A stretch of 64,000 nt of DNA, from the NCBI GenBank assembly GCA_038231275.1, contig JBBRLQ010000004.1:160001-224000 (forward strand), given 5' to 3'. The stretch is from Polyangiales bacterium (lineage in GTDB: Bacteria; Myxococcota_A; Polyangia; Polyangiales; Polyangiaceae). Both the position numbers and the translations under genes were made by a program. Shown here piece by piece: positions 49,960 through 59,609 of this stretch (position 1 is its first letter; every line of letters starts with the position of its first letter). Below the pieces are notes generated by a model. The model was not told the DNA's origin, made no database searches, and worked only from the letters and a program-made list of their open reading frames with translations.

Positions 49960-49971
49960 AGTCTCAGCGGA

Positions 49972-50736
49972 ATGCGCTTCGAAAAGATCTCGGTCGTCGC
50001 GGCGGGCATCGCCCTCTCCGCGTCGCTCCTCCTCGCGGCCGCAGCGTGCAGCTCCAGCTCCGGATCCGCGACGTTCGGACCGGATCCCGACGCGTCCCCC
50101 GAGGCCGCCGCCGGCGACACCGGCTTCTTCCAGGTCGACGCCGGTGACGGATCGCGCGACGCCCCGACGACCTGCGCTCCTGCGCTTCCTCCGAGCTTCG
50201 CGCCGACGTGGAAGGCGCCGGGCGTGGATTTGACGGCGTGCAAGGCCGCCGATCTCACCGGGTACGCCGCGGCGTGCCTCGGTCAGCCGTACGACGTCGC
50301 GAAGTGCGACGCGTTCAAGGCGACCAACGCGAAGTGCGCCGCGTGCGTCGAGTCCGACTCCGCCGCCGCGCAGCAGGCCCCCATCCTCTGGCACCAGGCG
50401 CGCGCCTATTTCACGCTCGACATCGCCGGCTGCATCGCCATCGAGGCGAAGGACACGACCGGCACCGGATGCGCCGCCGCGTACCAGGCGATCATCTCGT
50501 GCAAGGAGCTCTCGTGCGAGAGCTGCTTCTCGATCCAAAACCCCACGTTCGAGACGTTCGCGGCATGCGAGAAGGCCGCCGGCACCGGCGTGTGCGCGAC
50601 GTACGGCACGACGGAGTCCACCAAGTGCGCCAACGTCCACGACGCCGCCGCGCCGACGTCCGCGTGCTTCCCTGGGGCGACCGACACGACCGTCGATCTC
50701 TTCCTCAAGATCGCTCCACTCTTCTGCGGCGGCTGA
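49972..50736 (+). CDS. Cys-rich myxobacterial lipoprotein
   Basis: Lipobox AAAC; many evenly spaced Cys; ends LFCGG. Confidence 0.7.
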   Translation: MRFEKISVVAAGIALSASLLLAAAACSSSSGSATFGPDPDASPEAAAGDTGFFQVDAGDGSRDAPTTCAPALPPSFAPTWKAPGVDLTACKAADLTGYAAACLGQPYDVAKCDAFKATNAKCAACVESDSAAAQQAPILWHQARAYFTLDIAGCIAIEAKDTTGTGCAAAYQAIISCKELSCESCFSIQNPTFETFAACEKAAGTGVCATYGTTESTKCANVHDAAAPTSACFPGATDTTVDLFLKIAPLFCGG

Positions 50737-50751
50737 CGGGCGCTGCTCGGC

Positions 50752-53550
50752 CTAGCGCTCGCGCTCGCGGCGGTCAGCGCGCGAGAAGTCGCTGCCGCCT
50801 TCGAGATCGGCGGCGCTGACGTCTTCCATCGACTCGCGGTTCTCGTGCTTGTGGGCCGTCTCGGCCTCGCGGAGGCGCTCGGCGATCTCGATGAGGCGGC
50901 GCTCGACGCGGCCGAAGACGCTCGCAGCCGGGAAGCGGCCGGACGGATCGCGCTGGCCCGCCGGAACGCCGGTGAGCATCTCGATGCCTTGCTGGACCGA
51001 GTCGACGGCGTAGAGGTGGAATTTCTCGGCCTCGATCGCGCGCGCGACGTCCTCGCGCAGGACGAGGTGGCGAAGATTGGGGCGGGGCAACAGCACGCCT
51101 TGATGGCCCGTGAGGCCGCGCGCGGCGCAGAGCTCGAAGAAGCCCTCGATTTTGGCGCACACGCCGCCGATCGCCTGCATCTCGCCGAGCTGGTTGACGC
51201 TGCCGGTCACCGCCACGCTCTGATCGATCGGCAAGTCCGCGAGCGCCGAGAGCACCGCGAAGAGCTCCGACGAAGAGGCGCTGTCGCCGTCGATCTCGCC
51301 GTAGCTCTGCTCGAAGGCGAGCTGTGCGCGGAGAGAGAGCGGGCGCTCCTGCCCGAACATGCGCGAGAGGTAGCCGCGCAGGATGGCGACCCCCTTGGTG
51401 TGGATGGCGCCGCCGAGCTGGGATTCGCGCTCGACGTCGATGATGCCCTCGCGGCCGAGCGCGACGACCGCGGTGATGCGCATCGGCTGGCCGAACTCGA
51501 CGTCGCCCGCCGAATAGACGGAGAGGCCGTTGACGACGCCGACGCGCGCGCCGACCGTGTCGAGCGCCACCTCGCCGCGCAGGGTGAGCTCGCGGATGTG
51601 GCGCTCGGCAGCGCCCGCGCGATCACGGCGCTCGCGCCAGGCGATCTCGATGTCGTCGGCGGTCACGACGCTCGACTCGGGCGGGACGACGCTGGGCCTG
51701 AGCGACGGCGGACCGCCTTCGTGGCCTGCGATGCGATCCTCGTCGTCGTGGGTCGCGCGCGCGGCGGCGAGCGCGCTCGCGAAGGCGGCGGTCTCTTCGA
51801 GCGGCGCGAGCGAGAGGCTCAAGCGATCCTGCTCGCCGGCGAGGCGCGTGGCCAGGTCGAGGAGGCGCGCGCGCGCGGCGCGATCGAAGGCGCCCCATTC
51901 CCGCTCGCGCGCCATGTTCATGAGGTACCCGTCGAGGCGCACGAGCGACTCCGGCGAGCGCGGGATCGACGGCTCGATCTCGACCTTCACGCGGAAGAGC
52001 GACGCAAAATCGGCGTCCGCCTCGAGGAGCGCCGCGTACAGCTCGGGCGATCCGACGAGGACGACGCGCACGCGAATGGGCACCGGCACGGGGCGGAGCG
52101 ACGTCGCGTACACGCCGAGCGGACCGAGCGGATCCTCGGCGCCAATCTGACGCTCGCGAAGGACGCGCTTCATGCGCTCCCAGATGATCGGGTCGGCCAT
52201 CAAATCGGCCGCGCGCACCACGAGCACGCCGCCCGACGCCTTGTGCATCGAGCCCGCGCGGATGCGCGTGAAATCGGTGAGGAGCGCTCCGAAGCGCGCG
52301 CGGCGCTCGAGGTAGCCGAAGAGGTTCGGGTACGTCGGGTTCGTCTCGTAGATGACTGGCGGCCGCGCGTCCGGCTCGTGCGTGACGAGCTGGTTAACCT
52401 TGAAGCGCTGCAATCGCGTCGCGTGCTCGGGATCGGTCTCGTGGCTGCCGTCGTCGGCCTCGCCCTCCTCGGAGCTGCCGGTCGGCTGAACGAGATCTTC
52501 CCAGTCGTCTTTGAGCGCCTTCTCGACGCGATCGAAGTACGGGTGCAGCGTCTCGTCGGCGACGCCGGCGAACGCCTCTTTCAGCTCTTTGACCGCGTGC
52601 TCGATGAGCGCCTCGGCGGCCTCGCCGAACGCCTGGTCACGCGCCTGTTGGAAACGCGCGCTCTGCTGGCGCACCATCTGCGCCGATTTTTCGACCTCGG
52701 TCGTCAGGCGCTCTTCGGCGTCCGCGAGGGCGCGCTTGGTCGACTCGTCGAGGACGTCGAACTGCTCGGCGCTGACCGGCTTGCCGTGGAGGATCGGGAA
52801 CGTCTGCACGCCGCCCTGCACCGAGCGGATGCCGAAGCCGAGCGTCCTTGCGGTCGACTCGAGATCGGTGATGACGGCGCGGTTCTTCGTCTCGAGCTCG
52901 CGCGCGAGCTGGGCCTGGGCGTCTCGGAGCGCTTCGATTTCGCCGAGGGCGACGATCTCGTGGCCGAGCCGCTCGACCAGCGCGTCGAGCCCCTGCACGA
53001 GCGCAGGCCCGGCGCCGGCCGGAAGGAGAAGAGGGCGTGGCGCCTCGGGGTGCTCGAAATCGTGGACGTACACGATGTCGGGCGGCGACGAGCGCTTTGT
53101 GCCGAAGCGGGTCGCATGGCGGACGATGTCGTCCTCGATCATGACCTGCGGCTCGGCGGCCACGAACGCGTGGAACATGGGCTCGCGCGCGGCGAGACCC
53201 AACTCGAGCGCTCGACGGGCCACGGTCCCCACGAGGCTGAACAGACCCCCGGTTTCCGCAGGTTCTTCGGGCAAAAGCGCGGGATCCGTGGCCACTGTGA
53301 CCGCGTTCGAGGCGACCCGGAACGGATCGCGCCCGCGACCGATCGACGGCTCCTCCGACCACGAGAGGGTCGGGCTCGACGTGCGATCCATCGGAATTCG
53401 CGGGGATTCCGTGCCTCCCAAGTCCTTCGCGACGACCGCGGCCGACGTCGTCGCGCCCGTCAACGTCGGGGCAGACCCGTTCTTTGCGGGCGGCGCGCCT
53501 GGCGAGCTCTGCCCCGGAAGGGTGGACGGCGGTGAGCGTCGTTGCGACAT
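50752..53550 (-). CDS. LonC/LonB-like (Lon-family S16) protease with degenerate AAA module
   Basis: NPTYPNLFG, VGVVNGLSV, IHTKG, FEQSYGEIDGDSAS (Ser) and GGVCAKIEGF (Lys). Start uncertain. Confidence 0.88.
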   Translation of the reverse strand: MSQRRSPPSTLPGQSSPGAPPAKNGSAPTLTGATTSAAVVAKDLGGTESPRIPMDRTSSPTLSWSEEPSIGRGRDPFRVASNAVTVATDPALLPEEPAETGGLFSLVGTVARRALELGLAAREPMFHAFVAAEPQVMIEDDIVRHATRFGTKRSSPPDIVYVHDFEHPEAPRPLLLPAGAGPALVQGLDALVERLGHEIVALGEIEALRDAQAQLARELETKNRAVITDLESTARTLGFGIRSVQGGVQTFPILHGKPVSAEQFDVLDESTKRALADAEERLTTEVEKSAQMVRQQSARFQQARDQAFGEAAEALIEHAVKELKEAFAGVADETLHPYFDRVEKALKDDWEDLVQPTGSSEEGEADDGSHETDPEHATRLQRFKVNQLVTHEPDARPPVIYETNPTYPNLFGYLERRARFGALLTDFTRIRAGSMHKASGGVLVVRAADLMADPIIWERMKRVLRERQIGAEDPLGPLGVYATSLRPVPVPIRVRVVLVGSPELYAALLEADADFASLFRVKVEIEPSIPRSPESLVRLDGYLMNMAREREWGAFDRAARARLLDLATRLAGEQDRLSLSLAPLEETAAFASALAAARATHDDEDRIAGHEGGPPSLRPSVVPPESSVVTADDIEIAWRERRDRAGAAERHIRELTLRGEVALDTVGARVGVVNGLSVYSAGDVEFGQPMRITAVVALGREGIIDVERESQLGGAIHTKGVAILRGYLSRMFGQERPLSLRAQLAFEQSYGEIDGDSASSSELFAVLSALADLPIDQSVAVTGSVNQLGEMQAIGGVCAKIEGFFELCAARGLTGHQGVLLPRPNLRHLVLREDVARAIEAEKFHLYAVDSVQQGIEMLTGVPAGQRDPSGRFPAASVFGRVERRLIEIAERLREAETAHKHENRESMEDVSAADLEGGSDFSRADRRERER

Positions 53551-53638
53551 GCGAGGTGTCACCGAAAGGTTACCAGGTCCCGCTTTGTTGGGCCCTAGCA
53601 TTCTTCAGGAAAGCCACGCTACGATGGCGGCAAGTCTT

Positions 53639-55603
53639 ATGGCACGTTTGATCCTCGCGACCGCCGAGGGGCAACAGGCAATCGAGCTGCGTCCGATCAA
53701 CAGCCTTGGTCGGCACCCCAACAACTCGATCCAGCTCCTCGACAAGATCGTATCGAAGGAGCACTGCATCCTCGAGCAGCGCGACGGGATCTTCATTCTC
53801 CGCGACCTGGGGAGCCTCAACGGCACCTACATCAACGGCGAGCGCGTCCGCGGCGAGCAGGCCCTTCGACATGGCGACGAGATCGCGCTCGGCTCCACGC
53901 GCGCGCGGTACGACGACGGCACCGGCCTCAACTTCGCCCCGCCGCCCGTCGGCCCCGGCGTCGTCACGCAGCAGAACCCGCCGAGCATGATGCAGAGCGG
54001 CCCTGGCGGAATGCAGCAGCAGCAGCAGCAGCACCAGGGCGGCGGCGGCGGCGGCGGCAACATGCAGCAGCAGCAACCGCAGCCGTGGCAGCAGCCGCAG
54101 CAAAGCCCCCCCAGCGCGATGCCTCACTCGGCCATGCCGTCGACGGCGATGCCGCCGCGCAATCCGCAGAACGCGTATGGGCAGCAGCAGCAGCAGCAAC
54201 AACCGCAGCCGCCGCCGAACGCGTACATGCAGGGTCGTGGTCAGCCGCCGCCGATGCAGCAGCAGCAGCAGTACATGCCCCATCGCCCGCCGAGCTTCGG
54301 CGGAACGCGCGTCGACGTCCTCGACAGCGCGCGGGCGATCGGCACGCAGATCGCCGCGCTCGCGAAGGGCTTCCTGCCGTTCGATCAGGTCGCCCACGAT
54401 CCGCAGCAACTCCGCACCGACTACGAGCGCCTCCGCATCACGTGGGAGCTGACGCGCGAGATCGGCCTCGAGCACGACACCGACAAGCTCCTCGAGAAGA
54501 TTCTCCTCGCCCTCTTCAAGTTCGTGAACGCCGATCGCGGCGTCATTCTGCTCCGCGAGGAAGACGGAATGCTCCAGCCGCGCGCCGCCCACCGCCGCGA
54601 CGGCACCGACGCGCCAATCCAAGTCTCGTCGACCATCCTCAGCCACGTCATGCGCGAGAAGGCCGCGGTGCTCACCCACGACGCGTCGATGGATTTCGCC
54701 TCTTCCAAGGGCAAATCCATGATTCTGAACCGCATCTCGAGCGCCATCGTCGTGCCGCTCCTCCACGAGAAGGAGAAGGAGGTGCTCGGCGCGCTCTGGC
54801 TCGACAGCGAGTCGCTCGCCCAATTCCAGCAAAAGGATCTCGAGCTCATCACCGCTGTCGCGAACCAGGCGTCGATGTTCATCGAGAACACCCTGCTCGC
54901 GAAGAAGGTCGAGCGCGAGATCGTCACGCGTGAGCGCTTCAGCCGGCTGCTCTCGCCGAACGTCGCGGAGCAGGTCATCAGCGGCCAGCTCGAGGTGAAG
55001 CAGGGCGGCGTGCTAGTGCCCGAGTGCACCGTCTTCAACAGCGACATCCGCGGCTTCACGCGCATGAGCGAGGGCACGAGCGCCGAGGCGATGGTCGATT
55101 TGCTCAACGAGTATTTCGAGCAGATGGTCGAGGCGATCTTCAAATACGAAGGCACGCTCGACAAGTTCATGGGCGACGGGATCATGGCCTTCTGGGGTGC
55201 GCCGGTGTTCCATCCCGACGACGCGGTGCGCGGCGTGCAGTGCGCGATCGAGCAGATGGAAGTGCTCGGCCGCTTCAACCGGAAGCGCGTCGAGCTCGGC
55301 GCGCCGCCGCTCGCCATCGGGATGGGCCTCCACACCGGGCCGCTCGTCGCGGGCTACGTCGGCTCCAGCAAAGCGCTCAGCTACACCGTCATCGGCGACA
55401 CGGCCAACACCAGCGCGCGCCTCTGCGGCATCGCGCTCTCCGGGCAAATCCTGGTGAGCGAGTACACGCTGGCGCGCCTCGGCCCGCGGTTCGAGGTCGA
55501 AGAGCTCCCGCCCGCGCACTTGAAGGGCAAGGAGAAGCCTCTCCGCATCTTCAACATCAAACGCGAGAAGCCGAGCGCCGCGGTCGCTGCACGGACGGCC
55601 TAA
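53639..55603 (+). CDS. FHA-GAF class III adenylate cyclase with Q/P-rich linker
   Basis: FHA: LGRHP..VSKEH..DLGSLNGT. GAF domain. Cyclase: SDIRGFT, DKFMGDG, YTVIGDTANTSARL. Confidence 0.9.
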   Translation: MARLILATAEGQQAIELRPINSLGRHPNNSIQLLDKIVSKEHCILEQRDGIFILRDLGSLNGTYINGERVRGEQALRHGDEIALGSTRARYDDGTGLNFAPPPVGPGVVTQQNPPSMMQSGPGGMQQQQQQHQGGGGGGGNMQQQQPQPWQQPQQSPPSAMPHSAMPSTAMPPRNPQNAYGQQQQQQQPQPPPNAYMQGRGQPPPMQQQQQYMPHRPPSFGGTRVDVLDSARAIGTQIAALAKGFLPFDQVAHDPQQLRTDYERLRITWELTREIGLEHDTDKLLEKILLALFKFVNADRGVILLREEDGMLQPRAAHRRDGTDAPIQVSSTILSHVMREKAAVLTHDASMDFASSKGKSMILNRISSAIVVPLLHEKEKEVLGALWLDSESLAQFQQKDLELITAVANQASMFIENTLLAKKVEREIVTRERFSRLLSPNVAEQVISGQLEVKQGGVLVPECTVFNSDIRGFTRMSEGTSAEAMVDLLNEYFEQMVEAIFKYEGTLDKFMGDGIMAFWGAPVFHPDDAVRGVQCAIEQMEVLGRFNRKRVELGAPPLAIGMGLHTGPLVAGYVGSSKALSYTVIGDTANTSARLCGIALSGQILVSEYTLARLGPRFEVEELPPAHLKGKEKPLRIFNIKREKPSAAVAARTA

Positions 55604-55604
55604 C

Positions 55605-56552
55605 GTGTACGTTCTGCCTTTCGAGAAGCCCGTCGTCGAGCTGCTCTCGCGGGTCAAAGACCTCCGCGAGCTCGCGAAGAGCGACGCGCGCCTGACGACC
55701 GAGCTGCGGCGCCTCGAGGACAAGGCCGGCAAGCTCGCACGCGAGCTCTTCGCCGATCTCTCGCCGTGGCAGAAGGTGCAGCTGTCGCGTCACCCGAACC
55801 GCCCCTACACGCTCGACTACGTGGAGATCCTGTTCACCGACTGGATGGAGCTCTCCGGCGACCGAAGGTTTGCCGAGGACGCGGCGATCGTGTGCGGCCT
55901 CGCGAAATTCCATGGAGAGAGCGTCGTCGTCGTCGGCCACCAGAAGGGCCGCAGCACCAAAGACAAGGTGACGCGCAACTTCGGGCAGGCCCACCCCGAG
56001 GGCAACCGCAAGGCGTGCCGCATGTACGAGATGGCGAGCCGCTTCGGACTGCCGATCCTCACGTTCATCGACACGCCCGGCGCGTTCCCCGGCATCGGCG
56101 CGGAGGAGCGCGGGCAGAGCGAGGCGATCGGCGCGTGCCTCGCCCAGATGTCGCGCGCGAAGGTCCCGATCGTCGCAACGATCATCGGCGAAGGAGGCTC
56201 CGGCGGCGCGCTCGCCCTCGGCGTCGCCAACGCCGTCCAGGTGATGGAGTACGGCACCTACAGCGTCATCTCGCCGGAGGGCTGCGCGTCGATCCTCTGG
56301 AAGGACGGCGCCAAGGCCGACGAGGCCGCGCTCAGAATGCGTATGACGGCCCCCGATCTTCTTCGATTCAAAGTGGTCGATCGAATCATCGACGAGCCGG
56401 CGGGCGGAGCGCACCAAGATCCCGAGGCGGCGGCGAAGCTCGTAGACGCGGCGCTGCGTGAATCCCTGAAAAAACTAGGCCGACTGGGCCCCGACGAGCT
56501 CGTCGACCAGCGCTACACGCGCTTCCGCTCGCTTGGCGCGTTCGTCGCGTAG
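55605..56552 (+). CDS. accA: Acetyl-CoA carboxylase carboxyltransferase alpha subunit
   Basis: LPFEKP, RHPNRP, HQKGR, DTPGAFPGIGAEERGQ, GEGGSGGALA and YSVISPEG. Confidence 0.95.
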   Translation: MYVLPFEKPVVELLSRVKDLRELAKSDARLTTELRRLEDKAGKLARELFADLSPWQKVQLSRHPNRPYTLDYVEILFTDWMELSGDRRFAEDAAIVCGLAKFHGESVVVVGHQKGRSTKDKVTRNFGQAHPEGNRKACRMYEMASRFGLPILTFIDTPGAFPGIGAEERGQSEAIGACLAQMSRAKVPIVATIIGEGGSGGALALGVANAVQVMEYGTYSVISPEGCASILWKDGAKADEAALRMRMTAPDLLRFKVVDRIIDEPAGGAHQDPEAAAKLVDAALRESLKKLGRLGPDELVDQRYTRFRSLGAFVA

Positions 56553-56625
56553 ATTCGAATAGGCTCGCCTCGGGAAGTGCGTCCGCGCGCCGGGCGTACC
56601 AATTTCCATGGGCATCGCGGGTTCC

Positions 56626-58611
56626 ATGCGCATGGGGAAGCTCGGTCTCTTGGGCCTCGTGATCGTCGCCGCGGGTTGCGCGGGGGCGAAGGGTGGCGGT
56701 GGGCAGGGCGCGGCCAAGGCGCCGGCGGCCAGTGCGCGCGCGGCCTCGTGCGCGGCGTACAAATCGGTGGCGCGGCCGTTGGGGGCGCCACACATGGGCG
56801 CGACCGTCGCGCTCGCCGAGGTCGAAGGCAAGACGATCGCGTACGTCGCCGACGAGGACGCACACGCGATCGAGGCGGTCGACGTCGACGCCGCGAAGAT
56901 GCTCGCTACGACGCCGCTCGAAGGCGCTCCCTCGCAGCTCATGATCCTCGCGGACGGTCGCGTCGTCGTGCTGCTGCGTGACGCGGGGCGCATGGTCGTC
57001 CTCGAAGCGGAGGGAGCGGCGCGACCGCTCGCGGAGCGATGCTCGGTCGCGACCGACGCGGAGCCGGTGGCCCTGGCGTCGACGAAAGACGACGGCAAGG
57101 TGCTCGTGTCGACGGGGTGGGGCCAGACGCTCGGCGTGTACGAAGGCGCCAAACTCTCCCCGCTCGCCAAGGTCAAGCTCCCCCGCGAGCCACGCGCGGT
57201 CGCGTTGGGCGACGACGACAAGGTCGCGTACGTCTCGCACGCGGTGGGAGGCGCCATCAGCGTCGTGGATCTCGGCTCGCTGGAGGCCAAGCAGGTCCCG
57301 CTGCGCGGCCACGACGGTCGCTTCACGGCGCGCGGCCGCTCGAAGAAATTTCGTAAGTCGATCCCGTTCAATCCCAGCGATCCCAACTCAGGCCGAATGT
57401 CCTGCCAGAGCTTCGCGCTCGCCAAGTCGATGGCCCCGGGCGGCCGCATCCTCGCGCCGCAGGTCTTCGTCGACGCCGGAGATCCCGAGCAGCGCACCGA
57501 AGGGTACGGCGACGTGAACCAGCCTACCGAGGTGCCGGGCATCGCGGTGCTCGACGAAGGCACGCGCGCGCCCATCGACAGCTCGCTCGTGCCCTCCGTC
57601 GACGCGGCCGTGTTCGGCGGACAGAAGGACGCGCGCGATCACCACGAAGAGTGCCTCCTGCCACGCGCGGCGGCGACGGATCCGCGTTCGCGCACCCTGC
57701 TGGTCGCGTGCGCGGGGATCGATACGGTCATCGCCTACGACGCGTCCTCGGGCGCGCCAGCCACGAGCGAGAAGAGGCGGTGGGTGACCGGCGCCGGTCC
57801 GAGCGGCATCGCCGTCGATCCGAAGAAGCCGCGTGCCTTCGTCTGGTCGCAGTTCGATCGCACCCTCGGCACGCTCGACATGGCGTCGAACGATCTCGTC
57901 GACGACAAGGGCCTCGCACCCAAGCAGGTCGCGCACGTGACGATGCCGGCGCTCGCGACCCCGGTTCCCGTGGCGTACGCGCTCGGCCGCAGCCTCTTTC
58001 ATGCCGTCGGAGACACGCGTGTTTCCAAGGACGGCCGCGCCTGCGCGAGCTGCCACCCCGACGGCCGCGACGACGCGATTACGTGGGCCACGCCCGACGG
58101 ACCCCGCCGTTCCATCATGCTGGCCGGGCGCGTCGCGACGTCGTCGCCCTACTCCTGGAACGGCGGCGAGAAGTCGCTGCAAGATCACCTCGCGAACACG
58201 TTCGACCGCCTCGGCGGCACCGGGCTCAAGAGCCTCGAGCTCGACGCGATCGTGACGTACATCTCGACGATGCACGGCCCCGCGCGGATCACCCCGCCTG
58301 CCGACGGCAAAGTGCAGCGCGGCGCGGCGATCTTCGCCTCGAAGGAGGCCAAGTGCGCCGAGTGCCACGCGAGCGCGACGTTCGCCGACGGCGCACTCCA
58401 CGACGTCCAGAGCCGCGCCAAGAGTGATCGCACCGAGGCGTTCGACACACCGTCGCTCCGCTTCGTCGGCGGCACGGGGCCGTACTTCCACGACGGGCGT
58501 TACAAGTCTCTCCACGATCTGTTGCGCGACGTCGACGGGAAGATGGGGCACACGAAGCAGCTCTCCGAGAACGATCTCGACGCGCTCGAGTCGTACCTGA
58601 GGACGCTATGA
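56626..58611 (+). CDS. Lipoprotein: YVTN-like beta-propeller fused to di-heme cytochrome c (CcP/MauG-superfamily-like)
   Basis: Lipobox AAGC; propeller blades; heme motifs CASCH and CAECH; PYSWNG; TPSL...PYFHDG. Confidence 0.82.
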   Translation: MRMGKLGLLGLVIVAAGCAGAKGGGGQGAAKAPAASARAASCAAYKSVARPLGAPHMGATVALAEVEGKTIAYVADEDAHAIEAVDVDAAKMLATTPLEGAPSQLMILADGRVVVLLRDAGRMVVLEAEGAARPLAERCSVATDAEPVALASTKDDGKVLVSTGWGQTLGVYEGAKLSPLAKVKLPREPRAVALGDDDKVAYVSHAVGGAISVVDLGSLEAKQVPLRGHDGRFTARGRSKKFRKSIPFNPSDPNSGRMSCQSFALAKSMAPGGRILAPQVFVDAGDPEQRTEGYGDVNQPTEVPGIAVLDEGTRAPIDSSLVPSVDAAVFGGQKDARDHHEECLLPRAAATDPRSRTLLVACAGIDTVIAYDASSGAPATSEKRRWVTGAGPSGIAVDPKKPRAFVWSQFDRTLGTLDMASNDLVDDKGLAPKQVAHVTMPALATPVPVAYALGRSLFHAVGDTRVSKDGRACASCHPDGRDDAITWATPDGPRRSIMLAGRVATSSPYSWNGGEKSLQDHLANTFDRLGGTGLKSLELDAIVTYISTMHGPARITPPADGKVQRGAAIFASKEAKCAECHASATFADGALHDVQSRAKSDRTEAFDTPSLRFVGGTGPYFHDGRYKSLHDLLRDVDGKMGHTKQLSENDLDALESYLRTL

Positions 58612-59582
58612 CCCGCCCCGGTTTGCGCGTCGTCGGCGCCGTTGCCGCGGCGTCGTTCGTCGCTCTTTCAGGCGCGCGCGCGCGCGCCGCCGAGCCGGCT
58701 CCGACGCCGAGCTTTTCGGAGCTTCCCGCAGGCGCGATGTCGGATCCTCCGACCAAGAAGACACCGTGGGGCATCGGCGCCGGCGAGCACGCGAAGGGCT
58801 TCGTCATCCAGCGGATGCCCGGCGAGTACACGGTCGTCGCCGCGACGAAGACCGATCCGGGCACCGTCCCGCCGGGCGGCGCACCCGTGTGCTACTCGCA
58901 GCCCGTTTCGCTGGGCTTTGCGATGGACGGCGAGCCCCCTACGCAAGAGTGGGCGCAGCCCCAGCCCATGGTGAACCTGCCGGGCGCGGGCGAGCTCGGC
59001 GGACGCAACGGCGTGACCGCGCTCCACTCCGAGCGCGTGGTGCCGGTCGACGCGACGCACGCGACGCTCGAGTGGATCGACGCGTGGGTGGATCCGACGA
59101 CGCGCGGCTCGCGCCTGATCGCCAAGGGGTCCCTTCCCTTGCGTGTGATTCGCGAGCTGCCGGGCGGCGGACAGATCCTCGCCGGGCGCGACGCGGAGCG
59201 CGTCCACGTCGTCGTGATGGAGTCACCGACGAAGAAGCAGTCGTTCGGCGGCCGCGATCAGCTCATCGCCGTCACGCCGCGCGGGATGACCGGCGCGTCC
59301 GGGTGCCATCACGTCCGCGTGGGCCTCCGCGCCGAGAAAGGCACGGCGGACACCGTGACGATCTTCACAAACGCGCAGCTCCCGGACCTCGAGGACGCCG
59401 CGGCGCGCGCGCCGCTCGGCGCAAAGACGTCGTTCGCCACGCTCAGGGTGCGTCCCGTCGCGGTGGCGGCGAGCGTCACGTGGGCGAGCCGCGACGCCGA
59501 GCCGGTCGTCGCGATCTCCGCCGGATGGCGGGCCCGCGAGAGCACGGTTCAGGCTCTCGCAGGACCCACGTCCGGATTCTAA
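58608..59582 (+). CDS. Secreted hypothetical protein coupled to the di-heme gene
   Basis: ATGA overlap; signal peptide ending ARA; beta-rich composition. Confidence 0.6.
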   Translation: MTRPGLRVVGAVAAASFVALSGARARAAEPAPTPSFSELPAGAMSDPPTKKTPWGIGAGEHAKGFVIQRMPGEYTVVAATKTDPGTVPPGGAPVCYSQPVSLGFAMDGEPPTQEWAQPQPMVNLPGAGELGGRNGVTALHSERVVPVDATHATLEWIDAWVDPTTRGSRLIAKGSLPLRVIRELPGGGQILAGRDAERVHVVVMESPTKKQSFGGRDQLIAVTPRGMTGASGCHHVRVGLRAEKGTADTVTIFTNAQLPDLEDAAARAPLGAKTSFATLRVRPVAVAASVTWASRDAEPVVAISAGWRARESTVQALAGPTSGF

Positions 59583-59609
59583 AGACGCACGCGGACTCGC
59601 CGCGTCAGA

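Noticed and set aside
50845..53535. 896-aa + strand ORF and the N-terminal part of ORF 52511..55603
   Set aside because: Opposite the Lon-like gene; the cyclase starts at about 53624-53639.
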